NCBI GenBank assembly: GCA_016432365.1
Contig: CP066686.1
Location: 128,355 to 192,354, forward strand
Length of the DNA: 64,000 nucleotides
Direction: 5' to 3'
Origin: Candidatus Woesebacteria bacterium
Lineage (GTDB): Bacteria > Patescibacteriota > Microgenomatia > UBA8517
Each line of letters starts with the position of its first letter. Position 1 is the first letter of the stretch. Below the pieces are notes generated by a model. It saw nothing but the letters and a program-made list of their open reading frames with translations. It ran no database searches and was not told where the DNA came from. Below, in pieces: positions 9,699-18,187 of the stretch. Both the position numbers and the translations under genes were made by a program.

Positions 9699-10484
9699 CT
9701 ATCTTAAAAGCGGCAGTTTCTTAGGCGATTCCGGAGTTTTTACTATCTTTAATGTGGTATAGTCAAAACCAAAGTCGTCTTCCCCAACGTCAAGCACCAC
9801 GTCTACGCCGTTTGACTTCAACAAATCAACCCATTCTTTCACTCTTATACCTGTCTGTTCTAGCGCATGGGTAGTTGAGCCTTGAATAAGAATTGTGCCC
9901 CCGTCTTCAGAAACAATTTCCCACAATCTGTTAAAAACATAGCCGTAAAAATTCTCATTAAAAGGCAGGGATTGCACTCCCATTCCCCCCCGTTCTAATA
10001 TTAAGTTCGCTTTTCTCCCACCAAGAGTTTCTTTTAGCGTCTTCCAAGAAGCCGGTTGACTTAAGTCGCCAGGCACATGTTTAATACCCATCTGATCGTC
10101 ACGCCTTTTTTTATCCGGGAGTCTGTCGTCTTCTGATGATACTGCTATTCCTAATTTATTAGACTGACTCAATTGACCGAACAAGCTAGCGATTGCCTCG
10201 GTAGATGACATTAGGTCAACGACAACCGGCTCGTTGCTATCTCTAACCAAATCGACAATGTGGCCACCTTCAAGTACTGCTCTAAACGACTTATCGTAGT
10301 CTTCAATGGAACTGCCGTATGTTTTCCAATAATCAGGATCGCCTTTGTGTAATTCAGCTTTCTTTCCACGACCAAAAAAATCTCCTGTGAGTTTGTCCAC
10401 TCTTTCTTCCAGAGTGGTTTCTTGCTCCGGGTCACCTATTTGAATATTCTCTATCGTTTTTTCTTCCATAGAATAATTATCCAT
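9699..10484 (-). CDS. hypothetical protein
   Basis: Start trimmed to MDNYSMEEK (ATG at 10484). The longer 10694 start would overlap the downstream end of the transporter gene by 175 nt. Confidence 0.45.
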   Translation of the reverse strand: MDNYSMEEKTIENIQIGDPEQETTLEERVDKLTGDFFGRGKKAELHKGDPDYWKTYGSSIEDYDKSFRAVLEGGHIVDLVRDSNEPVVVDLMSSTEAIASLFGQLSQSNKLGIAVSSEDDRLPDKKRRDDQMGIKHVPGDLSQPASWKTLKETLGGRKANLILERGGMGVQSLPFNENFYGYVFNRLWEIVSEDGGTILIQGSTTHALEQTGIRVKEWVDLLKSNGVDVVLDVGEDDFGFDYTTLKIVKTPESPKKLPLLR

Positions 10485-10519
10485 GCCCCAATGCTGCGGA
10501 CAAATCCTGCGTTGAACAC

Positions 10520-11377
10520 TTAATAATACATGCTTATTCCAACAATGCCGATAATTGCAGTTATCAAACCTATCAACTCTTTTTTGCTTGGTTTTTCCTT
10601 TAAAAAGATCATTGAAAGTATCACCAACAGGGCCGGATAAGCGGCTGTAAGGGGTGATGCAATTGAGGCAAACGTACTCGAAAAGGCCAACCATAAAAAC
10701 AATACCGCCACAATATTTAAAAAGGAACCTAAAATGGCAAACTTGTATTTAGAAAATTCTCTTAGCGCCAGCTCAAATTGTCCGAGAGATTGCCTGCTAA
10801 TCAATAAGTATCCAATGGCAACCGGCAGCTGTGCAAAAGCCAGAGCAAACAGGAAAGTTTCAGCTGATGTTTTATCAATTATTCCCTTAGACAACGTGTC
10901 CGACAACCCGACTGTTATGGCAGCAGCTAACGGCCATACAACATACAACTTTTCTTTGAGCTCTTCTTTTTTAAACCTTTTTGGTAAAGATACGATTATT
11001 ACTCCAAGAATGGTTAAACCTACAAATAGCCAATGAAGAGGAAGTAGCCTTTCGCCGTTAAGAATGTAGGAAAAGAAAATAGTAAAGATCGGATAAGATG
11101 CAAAAAGTGTCCCACTAATGCTTAAGTACCCTTTAGATAATGCATAAAAAACAAACGCTTCCGACAATAGCGCACTTATAAGTGCAAATCCGACGACAAC
11201 CGGTAGCTGACTAAAGTTAATACCTGTGAACAATGCAAACGGAACCCACAATAACAATCCAAAACAGGCGTCAAAAAAGAAAGCAATGGACGGGTTCAGC
11301 TCTTTAAAACTCTTTTTGATACTCACATAGCCGAATGCCTGCCCCAATGCTGCAAGTAACCCGAAGATAATTCCCAT
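10520..11377 (-). CDS. DMT-superfamily (EamA-like) transporter
   Basis: Ten TM helices in a two-EamA-repeat architecture. The ORF track labels this +, but the protein MGIIFG…SMYY translates only from the minus strand (ATG is the reverse complement of 11375-11377, stop the reverse complement of 10520-10522). Confidence 0.7.
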   Translation of the reverse strand: MGIIFGLLAALGQAFGYVSIKKSFKELNPSIAFFFDACFGLLLWVPFALFTGINFSQLPVVVGFALISALLSEAFVFYALSKGYLSISGTLFASYPIFTIFFSYILNGERLLPLHWLFVGLTILGVIIVSLPKRFKKEELKEKLYVVWPLAAAITVGLSDTLSKGIIDKTSAETFLFALAFAQLPVAIGYLLISRQSLGQFELALREFSKYKFAILGSFLNIVAVLFLWLAFSSTFASIASPLTAAYPALLVILSMIFLKEKPSKKELIGLITAIIGIVGISMYY

Positions 11378-11504
11378 ATCTCGAGTATATCAAAAAGAAT
11401 ACCGTGCACTAACACCGCAACCAATTCGGTTTGTTCGATTTTGCGGGGAAATAAATCGGAAAGATGCCCCAAGAATTAGATAGTGTTAGAGCCCGCAACC
11501 AGCT

Positions 11505-12005
11505 TTACTCGCCGGCTTTTCGGATAGTTTCGAGATCAAGTTTTTTCATTGGCATAAAAGCAGCAGTTACTGCTTCTGCTTTTTCAGGATTACGCATCAG
11601 TTCATCCAGGATCCTTGGTGTTATTTGCCATGTTATCCCAAATTTATCTGTACACCACCCACATTGCTCTGCGGCTGGAACAGCAGATAATTTTTCCCAG
11701 AAGTAGTCAATTTCTTCTTGTGTCTCACACTCGATAATATAAGAAGTTGCGCCATTAAGTTTAAATTGTTCAACTGGACCTCCGTTAAGAAACATAAAGC
11801 TTACTCCATCAATTTCTGCTTCAGCAGTTAAAACAGATCCCTCAGGCCTGCCAGAGACTTCTTCGGATGCTTTAGGGGCTTTTGTGATATCTCCCATTCT
11901 TGCGCTGTGTTCCCCTGGGGCTTTGGTAAAAGTGTCTATGTAGTATTTTGCCGCCTCTTCTCCGTCATTATTGGCAAACCAGACACATGTAATTAATTTG
12001 CTCAT
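11505..12005 (-). CDS. PhnB-like VOC (glyoxalase-fold) family protein
   Basis: MSKLITCVWFANNDGEEAAKYY…GWCTDKFGITWQI matches the 3-demethylubiquinone-9 3-methyltransferase / PhnB-like domain. Confidence 0.6.
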   Translation of the reverse strand: MSKLITCVWFANNDGEEAAKYYIDTFTKAPGEHSARMGDITKAPKASEEVSGRPEGSVLTAEAEIDGVSFMFLNGGPVEQFKLNGATSYIIECETQEEIDYFWEKLSAVPAAEQCGWCTDKFGITWQITPRILDELMRNPEKAEAVTAAFMPMKKLDLETIRKAGE

Positions 12006-12109
12006 TTTACTTTTTGGTAGAAAACTCAATGGTCCTGAAGTTAATCCAGGGATTAATTGTAGCCATGAATAATTATATCAAGTCAAAACAATATGATAAA
12101 GTTAAATTA

Positions 12110-12904
12110 ATGAGAAAGTTTTTACTTTTAATTTTTGCAGGAATAATAATATTTTTAGTTGCCGGGGCAATCCGTACGCCGGAAAAAGTATTGCCCAAGG
12201 CACTAATTAACCGAGTCACAAATTCGTACGAAAAATGTCCGGATCCCTTCACTTTCAAAACACCGATAGATTTGAATAAAGTTACTTCCATTCTCTATCC
12301 GGGACAAATAAGAGGTGGAAATTACAAAGCGCACGGAGGATTCAGGTTTGACGGCTCAAGACCCGATGAGATAACCGTTTATGCACCCATCGATGCGCAA
12401 GTAATTGCCGGCGCCCGCTACCCCGTAAACGGCGAGGTTCAATATACATTTGATTTTGAACACCTATGCGGGATTCGATATCGCTTGGGACATCTTTTAA
12501 CATTAAGTCCAAAATTCCAGGCAATAGCAGAAAAGTTCCCTCTTCCCACCGACCTCAATTCCAGAACTACACAGGTTTCTCCTCCAATAGATGTCAAACA
12601 GGGTGAGATTATAGCAACTGCAGTTGGCTTAACAAAAGGCGGACCACAAACACTTGGAGGGTATAACACTTTTGTTGATTGGGGTGTGTATGACTACAGG
12701 CAACAAAACGAGGCGTCTCAAATGCCGGACTGGCCAACAAGGCATGCATCGGAAGATTCCGAATGGAGCAAATACTACAATTCTGAAATTTACCAACATG
12801 CTGTCTGTTGGTTTGATTGGATTTCCGAGGCAGATAAAGCAAAGGTTTTGTCCCTGCCATCATCTGATACCCAAAGCGGCAAAAATAGTGACTACTGCAA
12901 GTAA
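12110..12904 (+). CDS. secreted hypothetical protein
   Basis: N-terminal signal/TM (MRKFLLLIFAGIIIFLVAGA); no known motif. Confidence 0.4.
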   Translation: MRKFLLLIFAGIIIFLVAGAIRTPEKVLPKALINRVTNSYEKCPDPFTFKTPIDLNKVTSILYPGQIRGGNYKAHGGFRFDGSRPDEITVYAPIDAQVIAGARYPVNGEVQYTFDFEHLCGIRYRLGHLLTLSPKFQAIAEKFPLPTDLNSRTTQVSPPIDVKQGEIIATAVGLTKGGPQTLGGYNTFVDWGVYDYRQQNEASQMPDWPTRHASEDSEWSKYYNSEIYQHAVCWFDWISEADKAKVLSLPSSDTQSGKNSDYCK

Positions 12905-13031
12905 TCTGGCTCCTCCTGGTAGACAAATTCAAAACCTATTACAGGTTTATTTTGCCAATAAAAACGCCCTAAGCATATTTCCACTGAGGGCGTTGTCTTA
13001 CAGATCTTGATATTTAAAGCTTCGAGCTCAA

Positions 13032-13337
13032 TTAACGGCGGCCGAGGGCTTGGTCGAACTCAGGCTGTGTACAAACCCCATACTTGATGAGGTCATCTTC
13101 TTGGCTCCACCACCCGTTGGTCCTGTGCTCGAAAACGAAGGCAAGTGCCTCTTTATACTCCTCCTTTTGATCTCGCGCAAAACCAGGGTAAACGTTATTC
13201 TTGACTACAGGGAAACCCGCTTCCCGAAGAGCTGTATAGATGGTGCCCATCTGATCCAGATCCCCGTCAAAAAGAAAATAAGCACGATCATCATCCATGC
13301 CGTTCAATGCTGCCATTGTACCAGGCGCAATATCCAT
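13032..13337 (-). CDS. hypothetical small protein
   Basis: ORF only; may be a fragment. Confidence 0.3.
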   Translation of the reverse strand: MDIAPGTMAALNGMDDDRAYFLFDGDLDQMGTIYTALREAGFPVVKNNVYPGFARDQKEEYKEALAFVFEHRTNGWWSQEDDLIKYGVCTQPEFDQALGRR

Positions 13338-13459
13338 TTTGTCTTCTTTCTGCTCATTTGAGCGTTATTCAAGGTACGAACTAAAACCGGCCCAGATTGT
13401 ACAGAAGTTATGCTTAATAATCAATTTGATCCACCTTATGGACGAAGAGAGAACCTATT

Positions 13460-14056
13460 TCACAACATCGAGCTGGTTTTGACTTTCCCTGCACGTCTAT
13501 ATGATGCAAATATGACCCCAGAAGGAGTTGTTCTACTTTCAATAAGTTTAAATGCAGCAGGAATTGTTCCTTCATCAAAAAGTTTTTTACCTGTACCAAG
13601 AGTAATTGGAAATATTTTAAGCCAAAACTCATCTACCAAGTCATGCTTCATTAATGTCTGAAGAAGGTTGCTACTTCCGTATACCTGCATATCTTCCCCT
13701 ATTGAGTTTTTTAGTTTTTTTAGTTCGTCAATATTTTTTAGTATGACAGTATTTTCCCATGATGGTTTTTTTAAGGAGTGGGAAACCACATATTTTGTAA
13801 TTTTATTTACTTGGGGCCATCCTTTATCTGTGTTTGTTGGCCAATATCCCGCAAAAATATCATAAGTCTTGTGACCTAGGAGTAAGCTGTATGTCTTTTT
13901 CATCTGCTTATCCATTTCTTTCCCTCCCTCATCATCAAATAAAGGGCCCATCCATCCACCATATTTAAAGCCTTCGCTTGCATCTTCTTTGGAAGCACCT
14001 GGAGCTTGCATCACACCATCAAGAGTAATAAATTCAACTGCAATAATTTTTCTCAT
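13460..14056 (-). CDS. dihydrofolate reductase-like (RibD C-terminal domain) family protein
   Basis: MRKIIAVEFITLDGVMQAP… matches the RibD_C / YwjB-like reductase domain. Confidence 0.65.
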   Translation of the reverse strand: MRKIIAVEFITLDGVMQAPGASKEDASEGFKYGGWMGPLFDDEGGKEMDKQMKKTYSLLLGHKTYDIFAGYWPTNTDKGWPQVNKITKYVVSHSLKKPSWENTVILKNIDELKKLKNSIGEDMQVYGSSNLLQTLMKHDLVDEFWLKIFPITLGTGKKLFDEGTIPAAFKLIESRTTPSGVIFASYRRAGKVKTSSML

Positions 14057-14169
14057 CCAATTAGTATAACAAAGTCTAAAACTTTCAAATTTTTCTGGCT
14101 CCCCCTAGCATACAACCTTCGAGACTGGTTTTACAAAAACAGTCTATTAATTAATTTTCAATTAAGAAC

Positions 14170-14457
14170 CTAAAGTTCAAGAAAATAAACAGGAGCAAAA
14201 GCGATAAGTCCGGCTATAAATTGAAGTACTAGTACCAGAAGCGCCAACTTGGGTTTCTGCGGCAACCACTTGATCGCAAAGAATAAGATAATCGGCAACT
14301 GACCACCCATAAGTAATTGAAAAATGTGAGCGGCCATTCCTTCGTCTTCACTTCGCACAATTCCAAAAATTGCCAACCAAACCAAGGTAAATATTAAAGC
14401 AGTAGCAGACATTGCGATCGGAAGCCAAGCACTTGTTTTACTTAACAAGCTTTTCAT
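14170..14457 (-). CDS. small membrane protein
   Basis: Three TM helices; a leaderless TGATATACT promoter lies at 14458-14475. Confidence 0.4.
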   Translation of the reverse strand: MKSLLSKTSAWLPIAMSATALIFTLVWLAIFGIVRSEDEGMAAHIFQLLMGGQLPIILFFAIKWLPQKPKLALLVLVLQFIAGLIAFAPVYFLEL

Positions 14458-14644
14458 ATCTGAAGTATATCAAAGCAAGTTCTAACTTCGTATGCAATGC
14501 TCCCCAGCTCTGAAATCATAATAACCCCAATCAGCAAAATAATAAAGGATTTTTGGGACACTGTTCAGGTGGAGTTGATTAGGGTTAGGTGTGAGGAAAT
14601 AATGAAATTACAAACCCAAAAACCACCTTGGGATGCCCAGTTTA

Positions 14645-15289
14645 TCAAATAACAATTGGGTTTTTCAAAAATTCGGCCGGCTTAAACTTCACATTGCACT
14701 TTTTGTTTACAAGAACTTTAAATCTTAAGGTTGTTTGAGGTAACTTAATCTTTCTCATACCTTCTATAACTTCTTCCAGATCCTCTAATGGCAAATCATG
14801 GAGTGCTGCTTTTATCTCAGTATTTGCCTCTAGGGTCATTACCGCTGATATTTCTGTTAGGTCAAACACATTGTCGGGAACAAAGTAAAAGCCCGCTGCA
14901 AAGAAATCGCTTTCCAAAGCGACCACAAAAGGCAAAGAATTGTAGATGGGATCTGACTTACAGAGAGACAAAAACTGATTTCTTGCTGATACAAGTACCT
15001 CACGCGTTTTTCTGACCCCATCGGAAGTGAAAGCTCCTTTATTCCTAGTTGCCAGTTCTGGATCGAGTGTCGATATATGATACCGTCCTGAATCCAACGT
15101 TCCTGCACTTGCTATAAATTTACACTCACAAACAAACTTTTTTGGTCCTTTATTGACTAAATAGTCGGGCTTCCGGATGGTTCTATCTCTGTCTAGTTTA
15201 CTTACACCAAGGCCGTATTTTTTAAATATACCACCAATTCTTTTTTCAAAGTTCCCTCCTATTTCTTGAGCCAAGCGATTGTCCAACAT
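14645..15289 (-). CDS. hypothetical protein with PD-(D/E)xK-like nuclease motif
   Basis: RKPDYLVNKGPKKFVCECKF reads as a PD…E-x-K motif; start trimmed to avoid overlap with the upstream gene. Confidence 0.4.
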   Translation of the reverse strand: MLDNRLAQEIGGNFEKRIGGIFKKYGLGVSKLDRDRTIRKPDYLVNKGPKKFVCECKFIASAGTLDSGRYHISTLDPELATRNKGAFTSDGVRKTREVLVSARNQFLSLCKSDPIYNSLPFVVALESDFFAAGFYFVPDNVFDLTEISAVMTLEANTEIKAALHDLPLEDLEEVIEGMRKIKLPQTTLRFKVLVNKKCNVKFKPAEFLKNPIVI

Positions 15290-15885
15290 CAAGATAAAAC
15301 CCGGAAAACAGTTATGATTAATAACATTATTCCAATTAACCAAAACGTCCCCTGCATAATTAGATGGACGAGGTTTGATTCGCTTTCATTTTCCATATCG
15401 ATAATCTCAGTTTCTTTTTTAATTGACTCGTATTCATTCAGATATTGAGATATCTTACTGGGAGTTGGTGTACTTGGCCAAAATGAAACCGAGGCCCATT
15501 GTTTTAGCTTTTTGTCTTGATTCTTAAGCCACCGCTTAAAAAATTTATACTCTGATGCCATGTGTAAAAGGCCAGATACAAGTGAGGAAAATAGAAAAAT
15601 TAATGACAGTTCAAGCAACAAGCTATCACTTTTGTCCAATTTCTGTCGAACCTCATCCACCGTAGAGAACGAAAAAATAATTGGCACCAAAAGTGTGGCA
15701 AAACCAAAAAAGTATTTATTCAAGTCGGATACTACTTTGTTTCCCGCAAGGAAAGCTTCAACCTGCGATTGCTTAATATCACTTTTATTACCCACCCTCA
15801 ATTGTTCTAATCCCTGGCAAACTTCTAATAAATAAGTATTGTCGTTTCTTAGCGTTTTTATAACCTCGTCATCCATAAACTTCAA
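15289..15885 (-). CDS. membrane protein, hypothetical
   Basis: Several hydrophobic helices. Confidence 0.4.
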   Translation of the reverse strand: MKFMDDEVIKTLRNDNTYLLEVCQGLEQLRVGNKSDIKQSQVEAFLAGNKVVSDLNKYFFGFATLLVPIIFSFSTVDEVRQKLDKSDSLLLELSLIFLFSSLVSGLLHMASEYKFFKRWLKNQDKKLKQWASVSFWPSTPTPSKISQYLNEYESIKKETEIIDMENESESNLVHLIMQGTFWLIGIMLLIITVFRVLS

Positions 15886-15925
15886 AATTTAGGCAGGAAA
15901 TTACGTTCTAATAAAACCTGGCTGG

Positions 15926-16209
15926 CTCCCCGGGCTGGATTCGAACCAGCGACCTTAATCTTACTCGCTCCCCCACATTTCTGTGGGACGCGGAACTATA
16001 TCTTGCACCGTTTTGTAAAAAAGCAAACGAGGTGTCTGGGTACATAGTTTCTGAACCTTCCAAGTACCATAAGATGCCTGGCTCGGCTGCGGGTTACCTC
16101 GTCTTTTTGACAGGGGCTTCACGCAATTCTCCCAATTTTCATCTCGATGTTTCCATCGAGAGCTGCTAAGAAATCACAGGATTCCGCTCTACCGCTGAGC
16201 TACCGGGGA
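15926..16209 (-). tRNA. tRNA-Asn(GUU) interrupted by a group I intron in the anticodon loop
   Basis: 5' exon is the reverse complement of 16176-16209: TCCCCGGTAGCTCAGCGGTAGAGCGGAATCCTGT. 3' exon is the reverse complement of 15926-15963: TAAGATTAAGGTCGCTGGTTCGAATCCAGCCCGGGGAG. Acceptor is a perfect 7 bp; D arm GCTC/GAGC; T arm GCTGG-TTCGAAT-CCAGC; the spliced anticodon loop is CUGUUAA. CCA is encoded at 15923-15925. Confidence 0.7.
15964..16175 (-). mobile_element. group I self-splicing intron, ORF-less, ~212 nt
   Basis: Conserved core elements present in order: P-like AATTGCGTGAAGCC, Q-like AACCCGCAGCCGAGCC, R-like GGTTCAGAAACTATG, S-like GCAAGATATAGTTCCG. 5' splice follows a U, with GCAG available as internal guide; omega-G precedes the 3' exon. 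Confidence 0.7.
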
Positions 16210-16227
16210 TTATCAATGAACGTCTGG

Positions 16228-16238
16228 ATTATATCAAA
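16228..16238 (-). promoter_or_regulatory. extended -10 promoter (TTTGATATAAT) for the intron-containing tRNA
   Basis: The reverse complement of 16228-16238 is TTTGATATAAT, about 12 nt upstream of the tRNA 5' end. Its TG element is also the TGA stop codon of the HNH gene. Confidence 0.45.
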
Positions 16239-16572
16239 TTACACGCTTAACCGGAAGGTTAATCAATCCTCCGTGAATTTCCCGATGGCAATTTGCACAA
16301 ACCAAAATACATTTATTAATTTCTTCCTTAATTTTTTCCCAACTTCTGGTTAATCCCCTTGTAGACAAATTAAAGCTTTTATTCTTTTCGTCTAGATGGT
16401 GGAAATCCAAAGCGCCAATATATCTATCATAACCACAAATCTGGCATTTTCCTCCCTTGAGTTCAACTCCTAACGATTTCAGTCTTCTTCTTCTTTTAGA
16501 TACTGCGAGAACCAAATAGTGAGCTCTGTCTTTATATGTTCTAGTCTCTTTCCTTCGGGTTTTGTTGGGCAT
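16234..16572 (-). CDS. HNH endonuclease (free-standing homing-endonuclease-like)
   Basis: CQICGYDRYIGALDFHHLDEKNKSFN…CANCHREIH gives a CxxC…HH…CxxCH HNH motif; ATG at 16572 (an upstream TTG at 16581 is also possible). Confidence 0.75.
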   Translation of the reverse strand: MPNKTRRKETRTYKDRAHYLVLAVSKRRRRLKSLGVELKGGKCQICGYDRYIGALDFHHLDEKNKSFNLSTRGLTRSWEKIKEEINKCILVCANCHREIHGGLINLPVKRVI

Positions 16573-16602
16573 AACTAACAATAATCTCGAGAGGACTGGA
16601 TG

Positions 16603-17274
16603 TCAAGAAGTTAAACAATTATTTAGGTATTGTCCGCATAGTCCGGGCGTACGGGCGATTACAAAAACCGCCTTGCCGGGTTTGGGGTCCCAACCAAAAG
16701 CGCAGAGGATTGCAGCAATTGCTCCGTCAATATTTACAGGCAGCACTTTACCCTTTTGCTCCAATAGTTCTCTTGCAATTTCTTGGGCCAAATTTATATA
16801 TTCATCTGAGATTCCTTCATCTTTTGCAAGTTTGAAAAGAAGTTGACTTCTGGGGTCTACTTCGTAAATCCTGTGCCCAAATCCAGGTATTCTGTTCCCT
16901 TGCCTCAATTGTTCCTGCACTAAATTTTTAATATTTAATTTTTGATTTTTAATTTTGTACAGTAACCCCATTGCCGGTTCTATCGCCCCCCCGTGTGTAT
17001 CGTTTATTTGTAAAATCCCGGAAGCCACCGACTCGCTAATAGTCTTTCCTTCCTTTGCTGCCCTAATCGTTTCCGTAGCCGATGGGGTTTCTTCTCCATG
17101 ATCTATGGAAATATTGAGGATTGTTTCGAAAACTTTGCCCTGATGAATATCAGGGGCTTTCCCTGACAAGAGCTCAAAAATCATTTGAGAAAAACTTCTT
17201 TCAGGAGCAGTTTCAAGAAGCGATTCCTCTCCAAAATATGGCAAGTCGTTTTTATGTTGTATTGTCTTAGCCAT
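16603..17274 (-). CDS. citrate-synthase-family C-terminal catalytic domain protein (citryl-CoA lyase-like)
   Basis: Citrate synthase signature GFGHRIYEVDPR; DHGEETPSATETIRAAKEG…THGGAIEPAMG aligns with the His-containing catalytic segment; the N-terminal large domain is absent (223 aa). Confidence 0.65.
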   Translation of the reverse strand: MAKTIQHKNDLPYFGEESLLETAPERSFSQMIFELLSGKAPDIHQGKVFETILNISIDHGEETPSATETIRAAKEGKTISESVASGILQINDTHGGAIEPAMGLLYKIKNQKLNIKNLVQEQLRQGNRIPGFGHRIYEVDPRSQLLFKLAKDEGISDEYINLAQEIARELLEQKGKVLPVNIDGAIAAILCAFGWDPKPGKAVFVIARTPGLCGQYLNNCLTS

Positions 17275-17287
17275 ATTTGTAGTTTGC

Positions 17288-18187
17288 TTATTTGCTTATT
17301 TGCTTATTTAGCAACGTCGGTATTTCATCAAAATTCTCGGCAACCAAAATTCCGGCTTCTTTCAAAATCTTTCTTTTTTCGGAAGGAAGACCGCGCTTCC
17401 CTTCTATTATAGCTCCCGCATGACCGAATTGAACATCGCTTGGTAAACCTGTCGTGAATTCCCCCGCAATGTAGGCTACAACCGGTTTTTTGATTTTCCC
17501 TTTCCTTACATATTCCGCAATTTTTTCTTCATACTTCCCTCCAAGTTCTCCAAAAATTACCGAGGCTTTCGTATCCTTATCTTGTTCTAATTCCATTAAA
17601 AAGTCCGTAAAGTCGGTACATATTATTCTGTCTCCACCAATGCCCACAGCCCAGGAAACACCCATTCCGTTGTTTTTAAGAATTGAACCAAGCTCGGAAG
17701 TCATTCCGCCGGACTTGGATATAACTCCTATATTTCCCGCAACAAAAACCCTCTCCGGTGTTCCTCCACCGATTTGACCAAGTTTGATTTTGTTCTTGGG
17801 AGAAATAATCCCTACCGAACTTGGACCGATTATTGTTACTCTTTTTTTCTTGGCAAGCGCAAACATTTCAGCAGCATCCTTTGTAGGTACTTTTTCGGCA
17901 CCGATTAATATGAATTTTATTCCGGCATCGATCGCCTCAATAACCGCCCCTTTGGTAAATAGGGGCGGAACAAACTGTACGGTTCCGTCAACCTTTCCGA
18001 CTTTTTTCAGCGCCTCTTTTACACTGTTGAATATCGGCACTCCTTGTACTTCCTGCCCACCTTTACCCGGAGTTACTCCGGCCACGATCTTTGTTCCATA
18101 ACCCAGCATGTGCGCCAAAGAAGTTGAACCTTCCGCTCCTGTTAAACCTTGTCCTATAAATTTAGAGTTACTTTTTGGTAGATGCAT
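17288..18187 (-). CDS. succinyl-CoA synthetase alpha-like subunit (CoA-binding; GHAGA phosphohistidine loop)
   Basis: IGQGLTGAEGSTSLAHMLGYGTKIVAGVTPGKGG and QFGHAGAIIEG; start trimmed to MHLPKSN (ATG at 18187). Confidence 0.75.
   Translation of the reverse strand: MHLPKSNSKFIGQGLTGAEGSTSLAHMLGYGTKIVAGVTPGKGGQEVQGVPIFNSVKEALKKVGKVDGTVQFVPPLFTKGAVIEAIDAGIKFILIGAEKVPTKDAAEMFALAKKKRVTIIGPSSVGIISPKNKIKLGQIGGGTPERVFVAGNIGVISKSGGMTSELGSILKNNGMGVSWAVGIGGDRIICTDFTDFLMELEQDKDTKASVIFGELGGKYEEKIAEYVRKGKIKKPVVAYIAGEFTTGLPSDVQFGHAGAIIEGKRGLPSEKRKILKEAGILVAENFDEIPTLLNKQISK

Noticed and set aside
9699-10694. Long 331 aa form of the hypothetical gene
   Set aside because: It would overlap the 3' end of the downstream minus-strand transporter gene by 175 nt. 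An internal ATG at 10484 gives a non-overlapping 262 aa protein.
10520-11377. ORF track lists this 285 aa ORF on the + strand
   Set aside because: Translating the + strand from 10520 gives LIIHAYSNN…, not the listed protein. The listed MGIIFG…SMYY translates exactly from the minus strand (ATG at 11377, stop at 10520). The feature is therefore reported on the minus strand.
12342-12932. Several 60-107 aa minus-strand ORFs inside the 12014..12904 + gene
   Set aside because: They overlap a longer + strand ORF that has a signal peptide and lack plausible start context.
15926-16209. Alternative identity tRNA-His(GUG) for the intron-containing tRNA
   Set aside because: This requires the intron to sit between positions 38 and 39 with a non-G residue before the 3' splice site. 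The Asn(GUU) reading gives a U before the 5' splice site, an omega-G, a canonical CUGUUAA loop and G73. The ambiguity is kept in the finding.
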